Positions 39,254-51,067 are shown, numbered from the stretch's first letter. The stretch is DNA of 64,000 nt from an uncultured bacterium (GCA_963804975.1 CAWDSG010000002.1:133288-197287), one strand, 5' to 3'. The notes: generated from the letters alone by a model not told the origin. Program-made: numbers and translations.

Positions 39254-39787
39254 ATGAAAAAATTAATCAATATTTTGTTTGTTCGCAGACCAGAGATAGA
39301 AAATAAATGGTGGAACCGTTTATTTAATGTTTTTCTTGTTCTTACGGGAATTTTTGTATTTATTTTGGCTTTAGGTCAAGTTATTACCAGTTATCATAAT
39401 AGTTGGTTTAGTTATTATAATCCGACAGCACTTAGTTTAGAGTCAAACAATCTAACCACAAATCTTTCATTTAGTGATTTGAAAGAAAATATTGCCGCTC
39501 TTCAAAAGAACAATGTAAGTTCTTCAAATATTCAGAGTTATATAAATAATTATGTTTCAGATGGAAATGGAGGATATGTTTTAAAAAATCAAACCGCTAT
39601 ACCGAATACCACATCAACACAAAACACTCAACGGAGTAATAGTTTTATAAACGATCTAGGAAATATATTAATTGATATTGCAATGTGGATTATTATTCCA
39701 ATTTTTGCAGTATTACTCTGGATTATATTTTTGAGTTCTATTGTTTACAGAACTATTTTATATATAATTTTTGGTAAGAAAAAATAA
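39254..39787 (+). CDS. hypothetical membrane protein (2 TM, Asn/Ser-rich loop)
   Basis: 177-aa ORF; TM helices at the N- and C-termini. Confidence 0.55.
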   Translation: MKKLINILFVRRPEIENKWWNRLFNVFLVLTGIFVFILALGQVITSYHNSWFSYYNPTALSLESNNLTTNLSFSDLKENIAALQKNNVSSSNIQSYINNYVSDGNGGYVLKNQTAIPNTTSTQNTQRSNSFINDLGNILIDIAMWIIIPIFAVLLWIIFLSSIVYRTILYIIFGKKK

Positions 39788-40574
39788 AGTAAAATAGTTC
39801 AATCTTGATATTTAATAAAACTGTGGATAGCCATTTTGTCAAATGAGATGATTATATAAAGGTCTTTTAACAAAAAATAAGTTTTATAGCTTTTATATTA
39901 TTGATTTCTTAAAGTTAGTGATTTACCATAAATGTAACAAAAAACCTCCCCTGAGTTCGGAACTAGAAGAGGTTTTTGTTATCTAGTTTTTAACTAGATA
40001 AGATATCAGTTTGCAAAGGTCTCGTTATCTTTTTTAAAGGTTTCGAGACTTTTGTTTTGCTATTATTTTTTGTGGCTGGAAATGGGTGTGCCCATGTTCC
40101 ATTGTGATTTTGACACCACATTAAACCATCTGAAAAATAACAAAAAGCAAATTTACTCATAAGTTTTTTATTTTTTTTATATTCTTTTGACTAGAAAGAA
40201 CTAGATGTTGTGACCGACCACACTTATTAAAATCATCCCTGCAATACCTAACATTCTACTGATGGCATGATTATAATAATTTTCATCCAACAAAAAACTC
40301 CTATACTGAATCGGAGTATCAAGGAACACTCATTTTTTTAGAAAGAATGTGCCTCAACTTGTAGGAGTATAAAGGTTTTATTCTTGATACTCCGATTCAA
40401 AACGGGAGTTCTGTTTTTTCCAATATGGGGATTTGTACTTTACTAATTAAATGAATGTCAACCAATAACACTCCTACCTTTATATTTTAGCATAAATGTT
40501 TTGAAGAAAGCAAAATCTATAATTGTGGATAACTCAAGGCAAAATTCTCCATATTTTTCAACCCTTTTTTCTCC

Positions 40575-40602
40575 TTGACTCCAATTCAAATCCGAGTATA
40601 AT
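40575..40602 (+). promoter_or_regulatory. near-consensus sigma70 promoter TTGACT-16-TATAAT (candidate 16S rRNA promoter)
   Basis: ttgactccaattcaaatccgagtataat, ~360 bp upstream of the 16S 5' end. Confidence 0.5.
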
Positions 40603-40959
40603 AACCAAGCTGTATATTAAATAAGAACCTTTCAAAAAAGAATAGGTTTTCCGAGTAAATCCCGCAGCTTGCGGGTTTTGCATTCAGAAAAATTTAATAA
40701 GCAGTGTTCCTTAACAACAAAATAGTACAAGATTTAAGAAATGCTTTACCTTTTTAAACATGAGAGGTATTGCATAATGTGCGAGTCTAGATCAAATCGT
40801 TCAAGTAAGAACGACTCAGAGTCTGCTCCGTTGTTACGTTTAATAATGCGTAAAAAATGGCAGGCCTCTAAAAAATCAGGAAATAAAAAAGAAAAAACTA
40901 AATATTGTTTTTTATTTTGTTCCGTTTCCGAAAAGAAATGCATTTATGCATTTTATTTT

Positions 40960-42492
<1,533 letters not shown>

Positions 42493-42661
42493 TCGAACAC
42501 GATTCGACCTCGGTCGGATCTGATCGGTCGGTTTTCAATGCCTCAATTGAGCATTGAAGGGTTTTGTGTAAACCTAAAATACACTATACAGCGGGAAAGA
42601 CCGCAAAAATCCGCCAGGATGCGGATAAGAAACGGAACAAAATAAAGAACAATATTAAAAA

Positions 42662-42702
42662 AATCACAAAAATAGCCCTATTTATAGGGTTATTTTTGTG
42701 AT
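42662..42702 (+). terminator. long near-perfect hairpin downstream of 16S (terminator/processing)
   Basis: atcacaaaaatagccctatttatagggttatttttgtgat. Confidence 0.5.
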
Positions 42703-42790
42703 TGACTTTTAGGTTTAAATATGCTAAGATTGTTTTTGGAGATTAAAACGCAGTTCTCTTCAATACCATTTCTATTCTAGGAGAATTGAG

Positions 42791-43036
42791 ATGAAAAAAA
42801 TCAGTAACGATGCAATAGGTGGTCTTCTAATGGCCATTCTTCTGGTGGTGTTTTTTCTTTATTCTGTAATCCAAGAAACGAACGGACCAAGAGGATACAG
42901 AAGTCATATCACAGGAGAAGTTGCTTTTGTTGATTTACCAAACGGGCGAAGAATTTTTTCAAATCATAAAAGATTCGAAGAAGTTCTAAGGATTGCCAAA
43001 AGTGATCCGCGTTATAAAGAGGAACCAACGAAGTAA
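42791..43036 (+). CDS. hypothetical small membrane protein
   Basis: 81 aa, one TM helix; SD-like AGGAGA upstream; terminator follows. Confidence 0.35.
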   Translation: MKKISNDAIGGLLMAILLVVFFLYSVIQETNGPRGYRSHITGEVAFVDLPNGRRIFSNHKRFEEVLRIAKSDPRYKEEPTK

Positions 43037-43058
43037 TATCAAAAAGCATTTTATCGTA

Positions 43059-43092
43059 AGCCCCGATGTCAATAAGACACTCGGGGCTTTTT
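43059..43092 (+). terminator. rho-independent terminator
   Basis: agccccgatgtcaataagacactcggggcttttt. Confidence 0.7.
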
Positions 43093-43135
43093 GTTTGTAT
43101 TTCAGTCATTTTTTTGCTATATTTTGCTTTGGTTT

Positions 43136-43209
43136 GCGCGTGTAGCTCAGGTGGTTAGAGCGCGTCACTGATAATGACGAGGTCCCAGGTTCGAGTCCTG
43201 GCACGCGCA
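43136..43209 (+). tRNA. tRNA-Ile (anticodon GAU)
   Basis: Acceptor GCGCGTG/CACGCGC. D-arm GCTCAGGTGGTTAGAGC. Anticodon loop CTGATAA. T-arm CCAGGTTCGAGTCCTGG. Confidence 0.85.
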
Positions 43210-43222
43210 CAGTTTTATTAAT

Positions 43223-43304
43223 GGGCATGTGGTGGAACTGGTATACACGTACGCTTCAGAAGCGTATTCCGAAAGGATTGAGAGTTCGAGTCTCTCCATG
43301 CCCA
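43223..43304 (+). tRNA. tRNA-Leu (anticodon CAG), class II long variable arm
   Basis: Acceptor GGGCATG/CATGCCC. Anticodon stem TACGC/GCGTA with loop TTCAGAA. Variable arm TTCCGAAAGGATT. T-arm GAGAGTTCGAGTCTCTC. Confidence 0.8.
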
Positions 43305-43310
43305 CAAAAT
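43287..43310 (+). repeat. 24-bp direct repeat copy 1 (tRNA-Leu 3' end + 6 nt)
   Basis: CGAGTCTCTCCATGCCCACAAAAT. Identical copy at 43432-43455. Confidence 0.85.
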
Positions 43311-43431
43311 TACGATAGTAATTTTGTGTAGGGAGAGCTCGAAAGACGGAGCTCATTTTTTCACAGCAGAAAAAATGAGTGAGTCGGGGTCGCGGCTTTT
43401 TCAGAGCGACGGCGAGGAAAAAAGCTGTGAC

Positions 43432-43455
43432 CGAGTCTCTCCATGCCCACAAAAT
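43432..43455 (+). repeat. 24-bp direct repeat copy 2
   Basis: CGAGTCTCTCCATGCCCACAAAAT. Confidence 0.85.
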
Positions 43456-43536
43456 CAAATTTGACTTTACTTTTATATAATGCTATCCTGTCGGTTCAGT
43501 TTTTATTTGTTCATTCTAGATTAAAAGGAGTAGGTA

Positions 43537-43779
43537 ATGCCTAGTAATTCAGCAATGCTTCTTGGAGTTCAGCTTCCGGAGGGAATGAACCCCGAGGATC
43601 CTCTGGTGCAGTTAGCGGCAGGGATTGGCCATGTCATAAAACCGGGAGAAGTGGTGCATATCCCTAAAGAAGTTCGGCCAATAGTTGATAAAGAAAGCAA
43701 CCGCCTGATGAATCCGTATGAGGTCAAAAGGCGTTTCCTGGTTCCTTACACAGAAAGAATTTTTGGGGGAAATAACTAA
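43537..43779 (+). CDS. hypothetical protein (GC-richer, with AAAGGAG Shine-Dalgarno)
   Basis: 80-aa ORF. ttaaaaggagtaggtaATG. Composition differs from the neighbouring genes. Confidence 0.4.
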   Translation: MPSNSAMLLGVQLPEGMNPEDPLVQLAAGIGHVIKPGEVVHIPKEVRPIVDKESNRLMNPYEVKRRFLVPYTERIFGGNN

Positions 43780-43891
43780 ATCCCCAAGGGTCCATTGAGG
43801 CCCAAATCCCAAAACTCTGGTCGTTGCGGCAACAACCGCACGATCGGAGTTTTATTTTTGCCACATTTTTATTTTAGTGTAAGATAATCTT

Positions 43892-44878
43892 ATGGATAAA
43901 ACCAAGTTATTTTTTACCACGTCCAATATTTGTTCATATATTAAAAAAGAGAATTTTTCTCATATTGTTGTTATATCTTCAAAAAATATCTTTAATAAGC
44001 ATAAATGGATTTTTAATCTTATAAATAAATGCGGTTTGGATGTTAAAACAATTTTTGTCAAAGACGGAGAAAAAGCAAAAAGTTTTGAACAATTTAAATA
44101 TCTGCTGGGACAATTTTCAAAATTTAAATTGGACAAATCATCGCTAATAATATGCATAGGTGGCGGTTCCGTCGGAGATTTGTCCGGTTTTGCGGCATTC
44201 GTGTATTTGAGAGGCATTGGCTTTATCAATATCCCAACAACTCTGCTTGCCCAGGTTGACAGCGCACATGGCGGCAAAAACGGAATAAATTTCAATGGTT
44301 TTAAGAATCAAATCGGCACCATATATTTGCCAAAAGCTGTTTTTATAGATGCAAAATTTCTCAAAACTCTAAATAAAGACCAAATCATTGACGGATTAGG
44401 CGAGATAATAAAATACGGTTTTATAAAAGATAAATCAATCTTGTCAGATTTAAACGATTTGAATAAAAATTTGCTGAAAATTATCAGAAAATCCATCAAA
44501 TGTAAATATTTTTACATAGACAAAGATTTGAAAGAAAATTCTGTAAGGAAAATATTGAATATAGGACATACTTTTGGTCATGCTCTTGAGCTGAAATATA
44601 AATTATCACACGGCAAATCGGTCATAATCGGAATGGTGAAAGAATTTGAATTTTGCAAGAAAATCGGTCTATCGGAAGCGGATGTAAAAACAAAATTAAT
44701 CAATATTTTGGATAAATTAAAAATCAATATTGATTTTGATAAATACATTGTTGATAAAAGAGCTTTATTGCATGACAAAAAAGTCAAATCTAATTTTATA
44801 GATTTTCCGATAGTAAAGGAATCTGGAAAATCTTTTATTAAAAAACTGAATATTGATTCAATTAAAAAATATATATGA
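43892..44878 (+). CDS. 3-dehydroquinate synthase-like (DHQS/iron-containing alcohol dehydrogenase superfamily)
   Basis: GGGSVGDLSGFAAFVYLRGIGFINIPTTLLAQVDSAHGGKNGINF...NIGHTFGHALE. Confidence 0.7.
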   Translation: MDKTKLFFTTSNICSYIKKENFSHIVVISSKNIFNKHKWIFNLINKCGLDVKTIFVKDGEKAKSFEQFKYLLGQFSKFKLDKSSLIICIGGGSVGDLSGFAAFVYLRGIGFINIPTTLLAQVDSAHGGKNGINFNGFKNQIGTIYLPKAVFIDAKFLKTLNKDQIIDGLGEIIKYGFIKDKSILSDLNDLNKNLLKIIRKSIKCKYFYIDKDLKENSVRKILNIGHTFGHALELKYKLSHGKSVIIGMVKEFEFCKKIGLSEADVKTKLINILDKLKINIDFDKYIVDKRALLHDKKVKSNFIDFPIVKESGKSFIKKLNIDSIKKYI

Positions 44879-45552
44879 ATAAATTCTACGTAATAGGAAC
44901 GCCGATAGGGAATTTGGAAGATATCACGTACAGAGCGGTAAGGATTTTGGGTGAAGTTGATCTGATACTTTGCGAAGATACAAGAGTTACGATAAATCTT
45001 TTGAATAAATACGAAATCAAAAAGCCGACCATGAGCTACCATTCCCAAAGCAAAATTTCAAAAACAGAGAAAATTATTGAGATGATAAAAGAAGGAAAAA
45101 CTCTGGCTTTGGTTTCTGATGCCGGCACGCCGGCAATTTCCGACCCCGGCTCTATGCTCGTTTCAAAAATTCGTGAAAATTTTCCGGAAATTGAAATTAT
45201 CGCCATTCCTGGGCCGAGTGCTTTGACATCAGCACTTTCTGTTTCAGGTCTGCCCAGCTCGGAATTTCTTTTCCTTGGTTTTTTGCCGCATAAAAAAGGC
45301 AGAGAAACCTTATTCAAAGAAATCAGCGAATCGGAAAGAACAGTCGTGTTTTATGAATCTCCGCACAGAATATTGAAAACTTTGGCTTCTTTAAAAAAAT
45401 ATACGGATAAAAGAAAAATCGTCATTGCGCGCGAACTTTCAAAAATATACGAACAGATAATTTCCGGCACTCCGCTTGAAGTTGAAAGGTATTTTTCTGA
45501 TAATAAAGACAAAATTCGTGGCGAGTTTGTGGTAATGGTAAGCGCCAGATGA
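44875..45552 (+). CDS. rsmI: 16S rRNA (cytidine1402-2'-O)-methyltransferase RsmI-like (tetrapyrrole methylase fold)
   Basis: FYVIGTPIGNLEDITYRAVRILGEVDLILCEDTR... Confidence 0.8.
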   Translation: MNKFYVIGTPIGNLEDITYRAVRILGEVDLILCEDTRVTINLLNKYEIKKPTMSYHSQSKISKTEKIIEMIKEGKTLALVSDAGTPAISDPGSMLVSKIRENFPEIEIIAIPGPSALTSALSVSGLPSSEFLFLGFLPHKKGRETLFKEISESERTVVFYESPHRILKTLASLKKYTDKRKIVIARELSKIYEQIISGTPLEVERYFSDNKDKIRGEFVVMVSAR

Positions 45553-45589
45553 TATTTATTTTTATTCTCAATTATGCTAATATATCAAT

Positions 45590-45826
45590 ATGATTAAAAT
45601 TTCAACGATTTTCATATTAGGCATTTGTATATTTTTCATCCAATTTTTGGGCATTCCAATGGGTTGGAAAAATTTTCTTTACGCAGTTTTCGGCTTAGCC
45701 ATTGCAATATTATCTATCCTTATACGGAGAGAACTTCACGAGGTGCTGAGGCATCTTCATACCGAGCCGATCAGCACCGAAACGTTTTCGGAAAGCAGGC
45801 CGAAAGAGTCAGAATCCATCCAATAA
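45590..45826 (+). CDS. hypothetical small membrane protein (2 TM)
   Basis: 78 aa; followed by a terminator. Confidence 0.45.
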   Translation: MIKISTIFILGICIFFIQFLGIPMGWKNFLYAVFGLAIAILSILIRRELHEVLRHLHTEPISTETFSESRPKESESIQ

Positions 45827-45851
45827 AAAACTCCTTAAAAAGGAGTTTTTT
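45825..45851 (+). terminator. rho-independent terminator
   Basis: aaaaaactccttaaaaaggagtttttt. Confidence 0.75.
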
Positions 45852-45909
45852 ATTGCAAGCAGGCGGATATTCTTTTAAAAAATCCAAACAAGTGTTACAA
45901 TAACGGCAA

Positions 45910-47793
45910 ATGGATCATGAAAGAATCACATATTTTGGGGAGACCGATTCACGCAACAGGCGAGTGAAATTTGGCATTAAAGCCAAAGACAGAACAAAAC
46001 ATGTTTATGTGATAGGAAAGACGGGTATGGGAAAATCCACTCTCCTTGAGAATATGGCTATCCAGGACCTTCAAAATGGCGAAGGAATGGCGTTTATAGA
46101 TCCTCATGGTAAGACGGCTGATCTCCTCTTGAATTTCGTGCCTGCGGAAAGAATAAAAGATGTGGTTTATTTCGCCCCTTTTGACACGGATTATCCGATT
46201 TCTTTCAATATCATGGAAGATGTCGGTCCGGAAAAGCGGCATCTTGTGGTCTCCGGCCTTATGAGCGCATTCAAGAAACTTTTCGGCGAGGAAAGTTTTT
46301 CAGACCGTATGCAATATATTCTGCAAAACACGATTCTTGCTTTGCTTGAATATCCGGGTGCGACGATGCTTGGCATTAACAGAATGCTTACAGATAAAAT
46401 ATACAGGAATAAAGTCATAGCGAATGTCACCGATATGTCAGTGAAAACTTATTGGACTGCCGAATATGCCGGATATACTGAGCGATACGCCGCTGAAGCT
46501 GTTCCTGCAATCCAGAATAAAATCGGCCAGTTCACTTCAAATCCTCTGATACGAAATATTGTCGGCCAGCCAAAATCCAGTTTTGATTTCCGCAAGATAA
46601 TGGATGAAAGCAAAATTGTGATCATAAATCTTTCAAAAGGCCTTGTGGGCGAGTCGAATGCAAATCTGCTCGGTTCTATGCTTATTACCAAGATTTATCT
46701 GGCGGCGATGTCCCGCGCCAATATATCGCAAAAAGTGCTTAAAAATCTTCCGAATTTTTATCTGTATGTGGATGAATTCCAATCTTTTGCCAATGAATCT
46801 TTTGCGGATATTCTTTCCGAAGCAAGAAAATACAAGCTGAATCTTACGATTGCCCATCAGTACGTAGAGCAGATGTCCGAAGAGGTGCGCGCTGCGGTTT
46901 TTGGCAACGTCGGCACAATGATTACTTTCAGAGTCGGCGCGTATGATGCGGAAATTCTTGAAAAAGAATTCGCTCCGCAATTTACGATAGAAGATTTGGT
47001 CAATCTCGGCAAATATCAGATGTATCTGAAACTGATGATAGACGAAGTCAGCTCCGCTCCGTTCTCGGCCTCCTCTTTGCCGCCGTTTCCGGAACCGGTC
47101 ATTTCTTATAAAAAGGAAATAATTGAAAGTTCAAGAGAGCAATTTACCGTGAAAAAATCGGAAATTGAAAGTTTCATACAAAAATGGCATGACGAAGGGA
47201 AACCTCCTCCAAAAATCCCACAAACTCAGGCTAGGCCGCAAAATATACAGAGAGATAATTCAAGAAATTTTGCGAAAGCCGAAGTTCCGGCCCAAATGTA
47301 TAAAGAAACAAGGCCGGAAACAAGAAGGCCTATGGATGAAAAGACGTATAAAACAACGCCGATCCATCCGCCGATTGAAACCGAGATCGGTGGAGAATTC
47401 TTGCCGCTGAAAGATTTCGCCAAAAAAACCGTTATACCGCCAAAAGACCTGGCCCCTGGCCGGGCAGGCGGTCAGGCAGAAAAAAAGGCAGAAATAGCTC
47501 CTCAAAAAAATAATAATCCAGAATCAAAAACCACTCCTCATGTTCAGAGTAAAACTATGAGCAAGGAGAATCTTTCCGATTTGAGATCGGCTCTTGAAGC
47601 GGTTATGAAACAAAAATCTCCGAATAATCCAGAATCAAATGCCGCGAAAACGGAGCCGGAAACAAAAACAATTCCAAAACAATCGGAACATCATGCGAAA
47701 GAAAAAGTTGAAAATAAGAAAGAAGAGGCAAAATCGGCAAATGATATGAAAGAAATTCCTGAGAAGGATTTGAAAAAAATATTTGATCTATAA
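45910..47793 (+). CDS. TraD/TraG/VirD4-like P-loop ATPase (paralogue of 21140..23926) with K/E/P-rich disordered C-terminal tail
   Basis: GKTGMGKSTLL, IDPHG, FYLYVDEFQ, RKYKLNLTIAHQYVEQM, VFGNVGTMITFRV. Confidence 0.6.
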   Translation: MDHERITYFGETDSRNRRVKFGIKAKDRTKHVYVIGKTGMGKSTLLENMAIQDLQNGEGMAFIDPHGKTADLLLNFVPAERIKDVVYFAPFDTDYPISFNIMEDVGPEKRHLVVSGLMSAFKKLFGEESFSDRMQYILQNTILALLEYPGATMLGINRMLTDKIYRNKVIANVTDMSVKTYWTAEYAGYTERYAAEAVPAIQNKIGQFTSNPLIRNIVGQPKSSFDFRKIMDESKIVIINLSKGLVGESNANLLGSMLITKIYLAAMSRANISQKVLKNLPNFYLYVDEFQSFANESFADILSEARKYKLNLTIAHQYVEQMSEEVRAAVFGNVGTMITFRVGAYDAEILEKEFAPQFTIEDLVNLGKYQMYLKLMIDEVSSAPFSASSLPPFPEPVISYKKEIIESSREQFTVKKSEIESFIQKWHDEGKPPPKIPQTQARPQNIQRDNSRNFAKAEVPAQMYKETRPETRRPMDEKTYKTTPIHPPIETEIGGEFLPLKDFAKKTVIPPKDLAPGRAGGQAEKKAEIAPQKNNNPESKTTPHVQSKTMSKENLSDLRSALEAVMKQKSPNNPESNAAKTEPETKTIPKQSEHHAKEKVENKKEEAKSANDMKEIPEKDLKKIFDL

Positions 47794-47934
47794 TATGTGG
47801 ATTTTTGCAGTTATTTTTTTGATTATTTTTGCTTTGATTGTTGCTGTTTGGGCAAAAATTGAAGGTAGAAAAGAAAAAGATCGCCTTGAAAAAGGCAGGC
47901 TTTCAGCCGAAGATTTTGAGATTATTGAGGGAGA

Positions 47935-48696
47935 TTAAAATAAATTTTTTAAAATCCTCAGTTTGGCGACAATTATTCCGGATAGCCAATTCGGATATTT
48001 GCCGAAATTTTTGAATACTATTTTATAATTATTCCAAGCCATGGATATTTTTCTTTCGTAAGAAATTCCGCCGGAATGCCGCGTATAAGCTGTCGTGATT
48101 TCTTTTAAATTTTTCATTTTTCCGAGCAATCCCAATTTTAAAAATAAATCCAAATCTTCCACACAGGATAATTTTTCATCATATCCGCCGATTTTTTCAG
48201 CGGTTTTTTTCCTGCACATTACTGCCGACTGGGCAATCTGATTGAATCTAAGCATTTTATTCCTTATATCACTATCCTCGGTTTTAAAATCGGTATTTTT
48301 TATGAAATTATTTTTTTCATCGACAATTTTGATATTTGAACCGATTAAAACATAATCCGGATTATTTTCGAGATACTCGAATTGTTTCTGCAGTTTATTT
48401 TTATCAATCCAATAATCATCGCTATCAAGCACTGCGATATATTCTCCTTTTGACAGGGAAAGTCCAAGATTTCTGCTCTTGGAAATTCCCAGAAAAGATT
48501 TATTTTTATTATATTTTATTCTTTTGTCTTTGGCGGCAAAAGGCTCCACGATGGCTCTCGTATCATCTACAGAACCGTCATCAATAATTATAAGTTCCCA
48601 GCCAGAAAATGTCTGATCCAAGATGCTTTCTATGGCTTTAGCGATAAAATCAGCCCTGTTTCTTGTTATGGTAATTATGCTTATTTTCGGATTCAT
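47935..48696 (-). CDS. glycosyltransferase family 2
   Basis: ISIITITRNRADFIAKAIESILDQTF...ELIIIDDGSVDDT...DSDD. Confidence 0.75.
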   Translation of the reverse strand: MNPKISIITITRNRADFIAKAIESILDQTFSGWELIIIDDGSVDDTRAIVEPFAAKDKRIKYNKNKSFLGISKSRNLGLSLSKGEYIAVLDSDDYWIDKNKLQKQFEYLENNPDYVLIGSNIKIVDEKNNFIKNTDFKTEDSDIRNKMLRFNQIAQSAVMCRKKTAEKIGGYDEKLSCVEDLDLFLKLGLLGKMKNLKEITTAYTRHSGGISYERKISMAWNNYKIVFKNFGKYPNWLSGIIVAKLRILKNLF

Positions 48697-48697
48697 A

Positions 48698-49564
48698 TTA
48701 TATTTTTATCCATTCTTTAGGTATGAGGTCTATTTCATCTGTGGTTTTTTTTGCAATCCATTGTTTAGGAACGATTATAATTTTGTTTTTATTGGGATTA
48801 AGCCATGCGCCCCACCAGGAAAAAGTGGAATTTGCAGCAATATGATGCGTGCATTTGCTCATCAAGATAATTTCTTCATAATCCGGAATATCTGGATTTG
48901 AGACAAAATGCATCGGACAAAGCAATTTTAAATTTTCTTTTGCCCAAGATATATCGTCGGAAAAAACAAATACGGATATTTTTTTAAGATATTTTGACAA
49001 TAACAAATCAACAGCTTTTTCATAATAGGGAATTTCGAGCAGTCCGTTATATGCCACTGAATAAGGATTGGATACAAAATCGCCTCGGCGAATATGCAAA
49101 GACACAGGAATTTCGCCTCTGGATGAGCAATCGGACATCTGAAGAATTATTTTTTTTGCAGATTTACCTAAAGGATTTTTCAAGGATAATTCTTTGCGGA
49201 TCAAATTCTCGTATTTCAGGAAATATTTTTGATTTCCCCAGTATCCTTCGTAATATGTTGATTTTGATTTCATGAAAGAAGGATAATAAGCATATTCATC
49301 TATTTTTCTTATGTGCCTTAATATTTTTCTTAAGATAACCTTGAATTTTGTATTGAATTTCTCAGATAATTCTTCGGATGCGATATCCGCTTTTATATTG
49401 AATTTATCAAGAACAAAATTTCTTTTAGCGTCGCGTTCCGGCTGATTATCATAGTATGAAATATCCAAATATAAAGGTTCTTTGCGCTCCAAAGACAAAG
49501 CTCTGCCAAAAGCGTATTGAAACATCTGATTGCCAATACCGGCTTTTATTTTAACGATAATCAT
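48698..49564 (-). CDS. alpha-1,2-fucosyltransferase (GT11)
   Basis: N-terminal GIGNQMFQYAFGRAL and HIRRGDF motifs typical of GT11. Confidence 0.7.
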   Translation of the reverse strand: MIIVKIKAGIGNQMFQYAFGRALSLERKEPLYLDISYYDNQPERDAKRNFVLDKFNIKADIASEELSEKFNTKFKVILRKILRHIRKIDEYAYYPSFMKSKSTYYEGYWGNQKYFLKYENLIRKELSLKNPLGKSAKKIILQMSDCSSRGEIPVSLHIRRGDFVSNPYSVAYNGLLEIPYYEKAVDLLLSKYLKKISVFVFSDDISWAKENLKLLCPMHFVSNPDIPDYEEIILMSKCTHHIAANSTFSWWGAWLNPNKNKIIIVPKQWIAKKTTDEIDLIPKEWIKI

Positions 49565-51064
49565 TTATTTTTTGAGCTTAGCGAAATAATTCACAGTAGT
49601 AAAAATTTCCTGCAATTCCGAATATTGTTTTATTTCATATAAACTGTTTTGCAATATTCTGTATATTTTATAGGTATTTTTTAATAGGTAATAGAAATCT
49701 TGAAAATATGTCCTTGAATCTATATTTGCCCCGCCGAATTCAAACTGAATGGCTTTTATGGCTTTTTTCTCCAGCATATTTTTTGCGCCTTTTAACACTT
49801 CGAGCTCGTGCCCTTCAACATCTATTTTAAGCAAATCAATATTTTTAATTTTATTTTCTTCGCAAAAATCATCCAGTTTTTTTATTCTGACGGTTTCTTT
49901 CTGAGCAAATTTTTTGTTTACATGCTCAAGCTGTCTTTTATATACTGAAGCAAGTCCGGATCCGGCTTCATCATAATATAAATATTCTTTTTTTCCGGCA
50001 GATCCGAACCCTAAATTATATCTTTCAATATTTTTAATTTGCGAAGTGTTTTTGAGCAGCTCGGAATAGGTGATTTTACCCGGTTCAAACGAATAAATTT
50101 TTGCATTGCCGTGAAATATGCTGTCAATAAGATTGGCATATTGGCCCTTATTTGCTCCGATGTCGAATATGACGGGGAATAGGGTTTTGTTTTTGGCACG
50201 GATCATTTCAAGAATATATTTTTCGCCGCTATTTGTTACTTCACTGAAGCCAAAATTCATGCCTTTGAGGGATATTTTATGAAGCAATTCAAAAAATCTC
50301 TGAAAAAATGCTTTTCCCCAAAACAAATATTCGAGTTTTTTCAGGCATTTTTTTATTTTCGAAAAAAACATTATCCGTAATTTTGTAAAAGATAATTTTA
50401 CCGAATGATAATCTTTCTCGTCTATTTTGACATTCAAAGTGCCGCTATATCCTTCGATTATAGGGACTTCGCTAAAATTAATACATGTTTTTTTATCAGC
50501 CAAAGCGTCTTTGATGGCGAGATTGAGAGCCATTTCCATCGGCTGATTTTTTGAATCATTTATAAAATTATCATATTTAAAAAGATATTTTGTGAAAAAA
50601 TCAGGTTTGGCGATGAATATGCCGCTGTAAGCGTATATCTTGTTTGGATCAAAATCAGAAATTACATAAACGTCATCTCGGATTGACGATATTATTTTAT
50701 TCAAATTCTTAATATAATATCTGCCGGTAATTTTGACTATAAAATCGCTTTGTTTCAGGACGGCTGATTGGCTCAACGCATGTTTCATAAGAAGCATTTC
50801 CTCATAACCCTTGCCATATTGGGGAGGGAAGGGTTTTCTGTGGTATTCCACAATTTCGGACAGTTTATTTTTATTAAATAGGTCCGATATTTTTTTTGAT
50901 TTATAATTCGAACTATCGCAAAAAACTATGGGATATTTTACAGATTGGTGAAGTTTTTCGATTACTGAGGCGTAGTCCTGCTCTCTTACGGCTGGATCCG
51001 TCCGCTTTAAACGAAAAGTCGTGGATGGATTTATTGAAGCTGTTAAAAAAATGGATATTTTCAT
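49565..51064 (-). CDS. FkbM-family methyltransferase domain protein (N-terminal unknown domain)
   Basis: C-terminal FDIGANKGQYANLI...IYSFEP... Confidence 0.55.
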   Translation of the reverse strand: MKISIFLTASINPSTTFRLKRTDPAVREQDYASVIEKLHQSVKYPIVFCDSSNYKSKKISDLFNKNKLSEIVEYHRKPFPPQYGKGYEEMLLMKHALSQSAVLKQSDFIVKITGRYYIKNLNKIISSIRDDVYVISDFDPNKIYAYSGIFIAKPDFFTKYLFKYDNFINDSKNQPMEMALNLAIKDALADKKTCINFSEVPIIEGYSGTLNVKIDEKDYHSVKLSFTKLRIMFFSKIKKCLKKLEYLFWGKAFFQRFFELLHKISLKGMNFGFSEVTNSGEKYILEMIRAKNKTLFPVIFDIGANKGQYANLIDSIFHGNAKIYSFEPGKITYSELLKNTSQIKNIERYNLGFGSAGKKEYLYYDEAGSGLASVYKRQLEHVNKKFAQKETVRIKKLDDFCEENKIKNIDLLKIDVEGHELEVLKGAKNMLEKKAIKAIQFEFGGANIDSRTYFQDFYYLLKNTYKIYRILQNSLYEIKQYSELQEIFTTVNYFAKLKK

Positions 51065-51067
51065 AAT

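Noticed and set aside
43165-43458. 97-aa minus-strand ORF spanning tRNA-Ile/tRNA-Leu and the duplicated tRNA 3' end
   Set aside because: It is antisense to two well-formed tRNAs. Its sequence content is explained by the tRNAs and the repeat.
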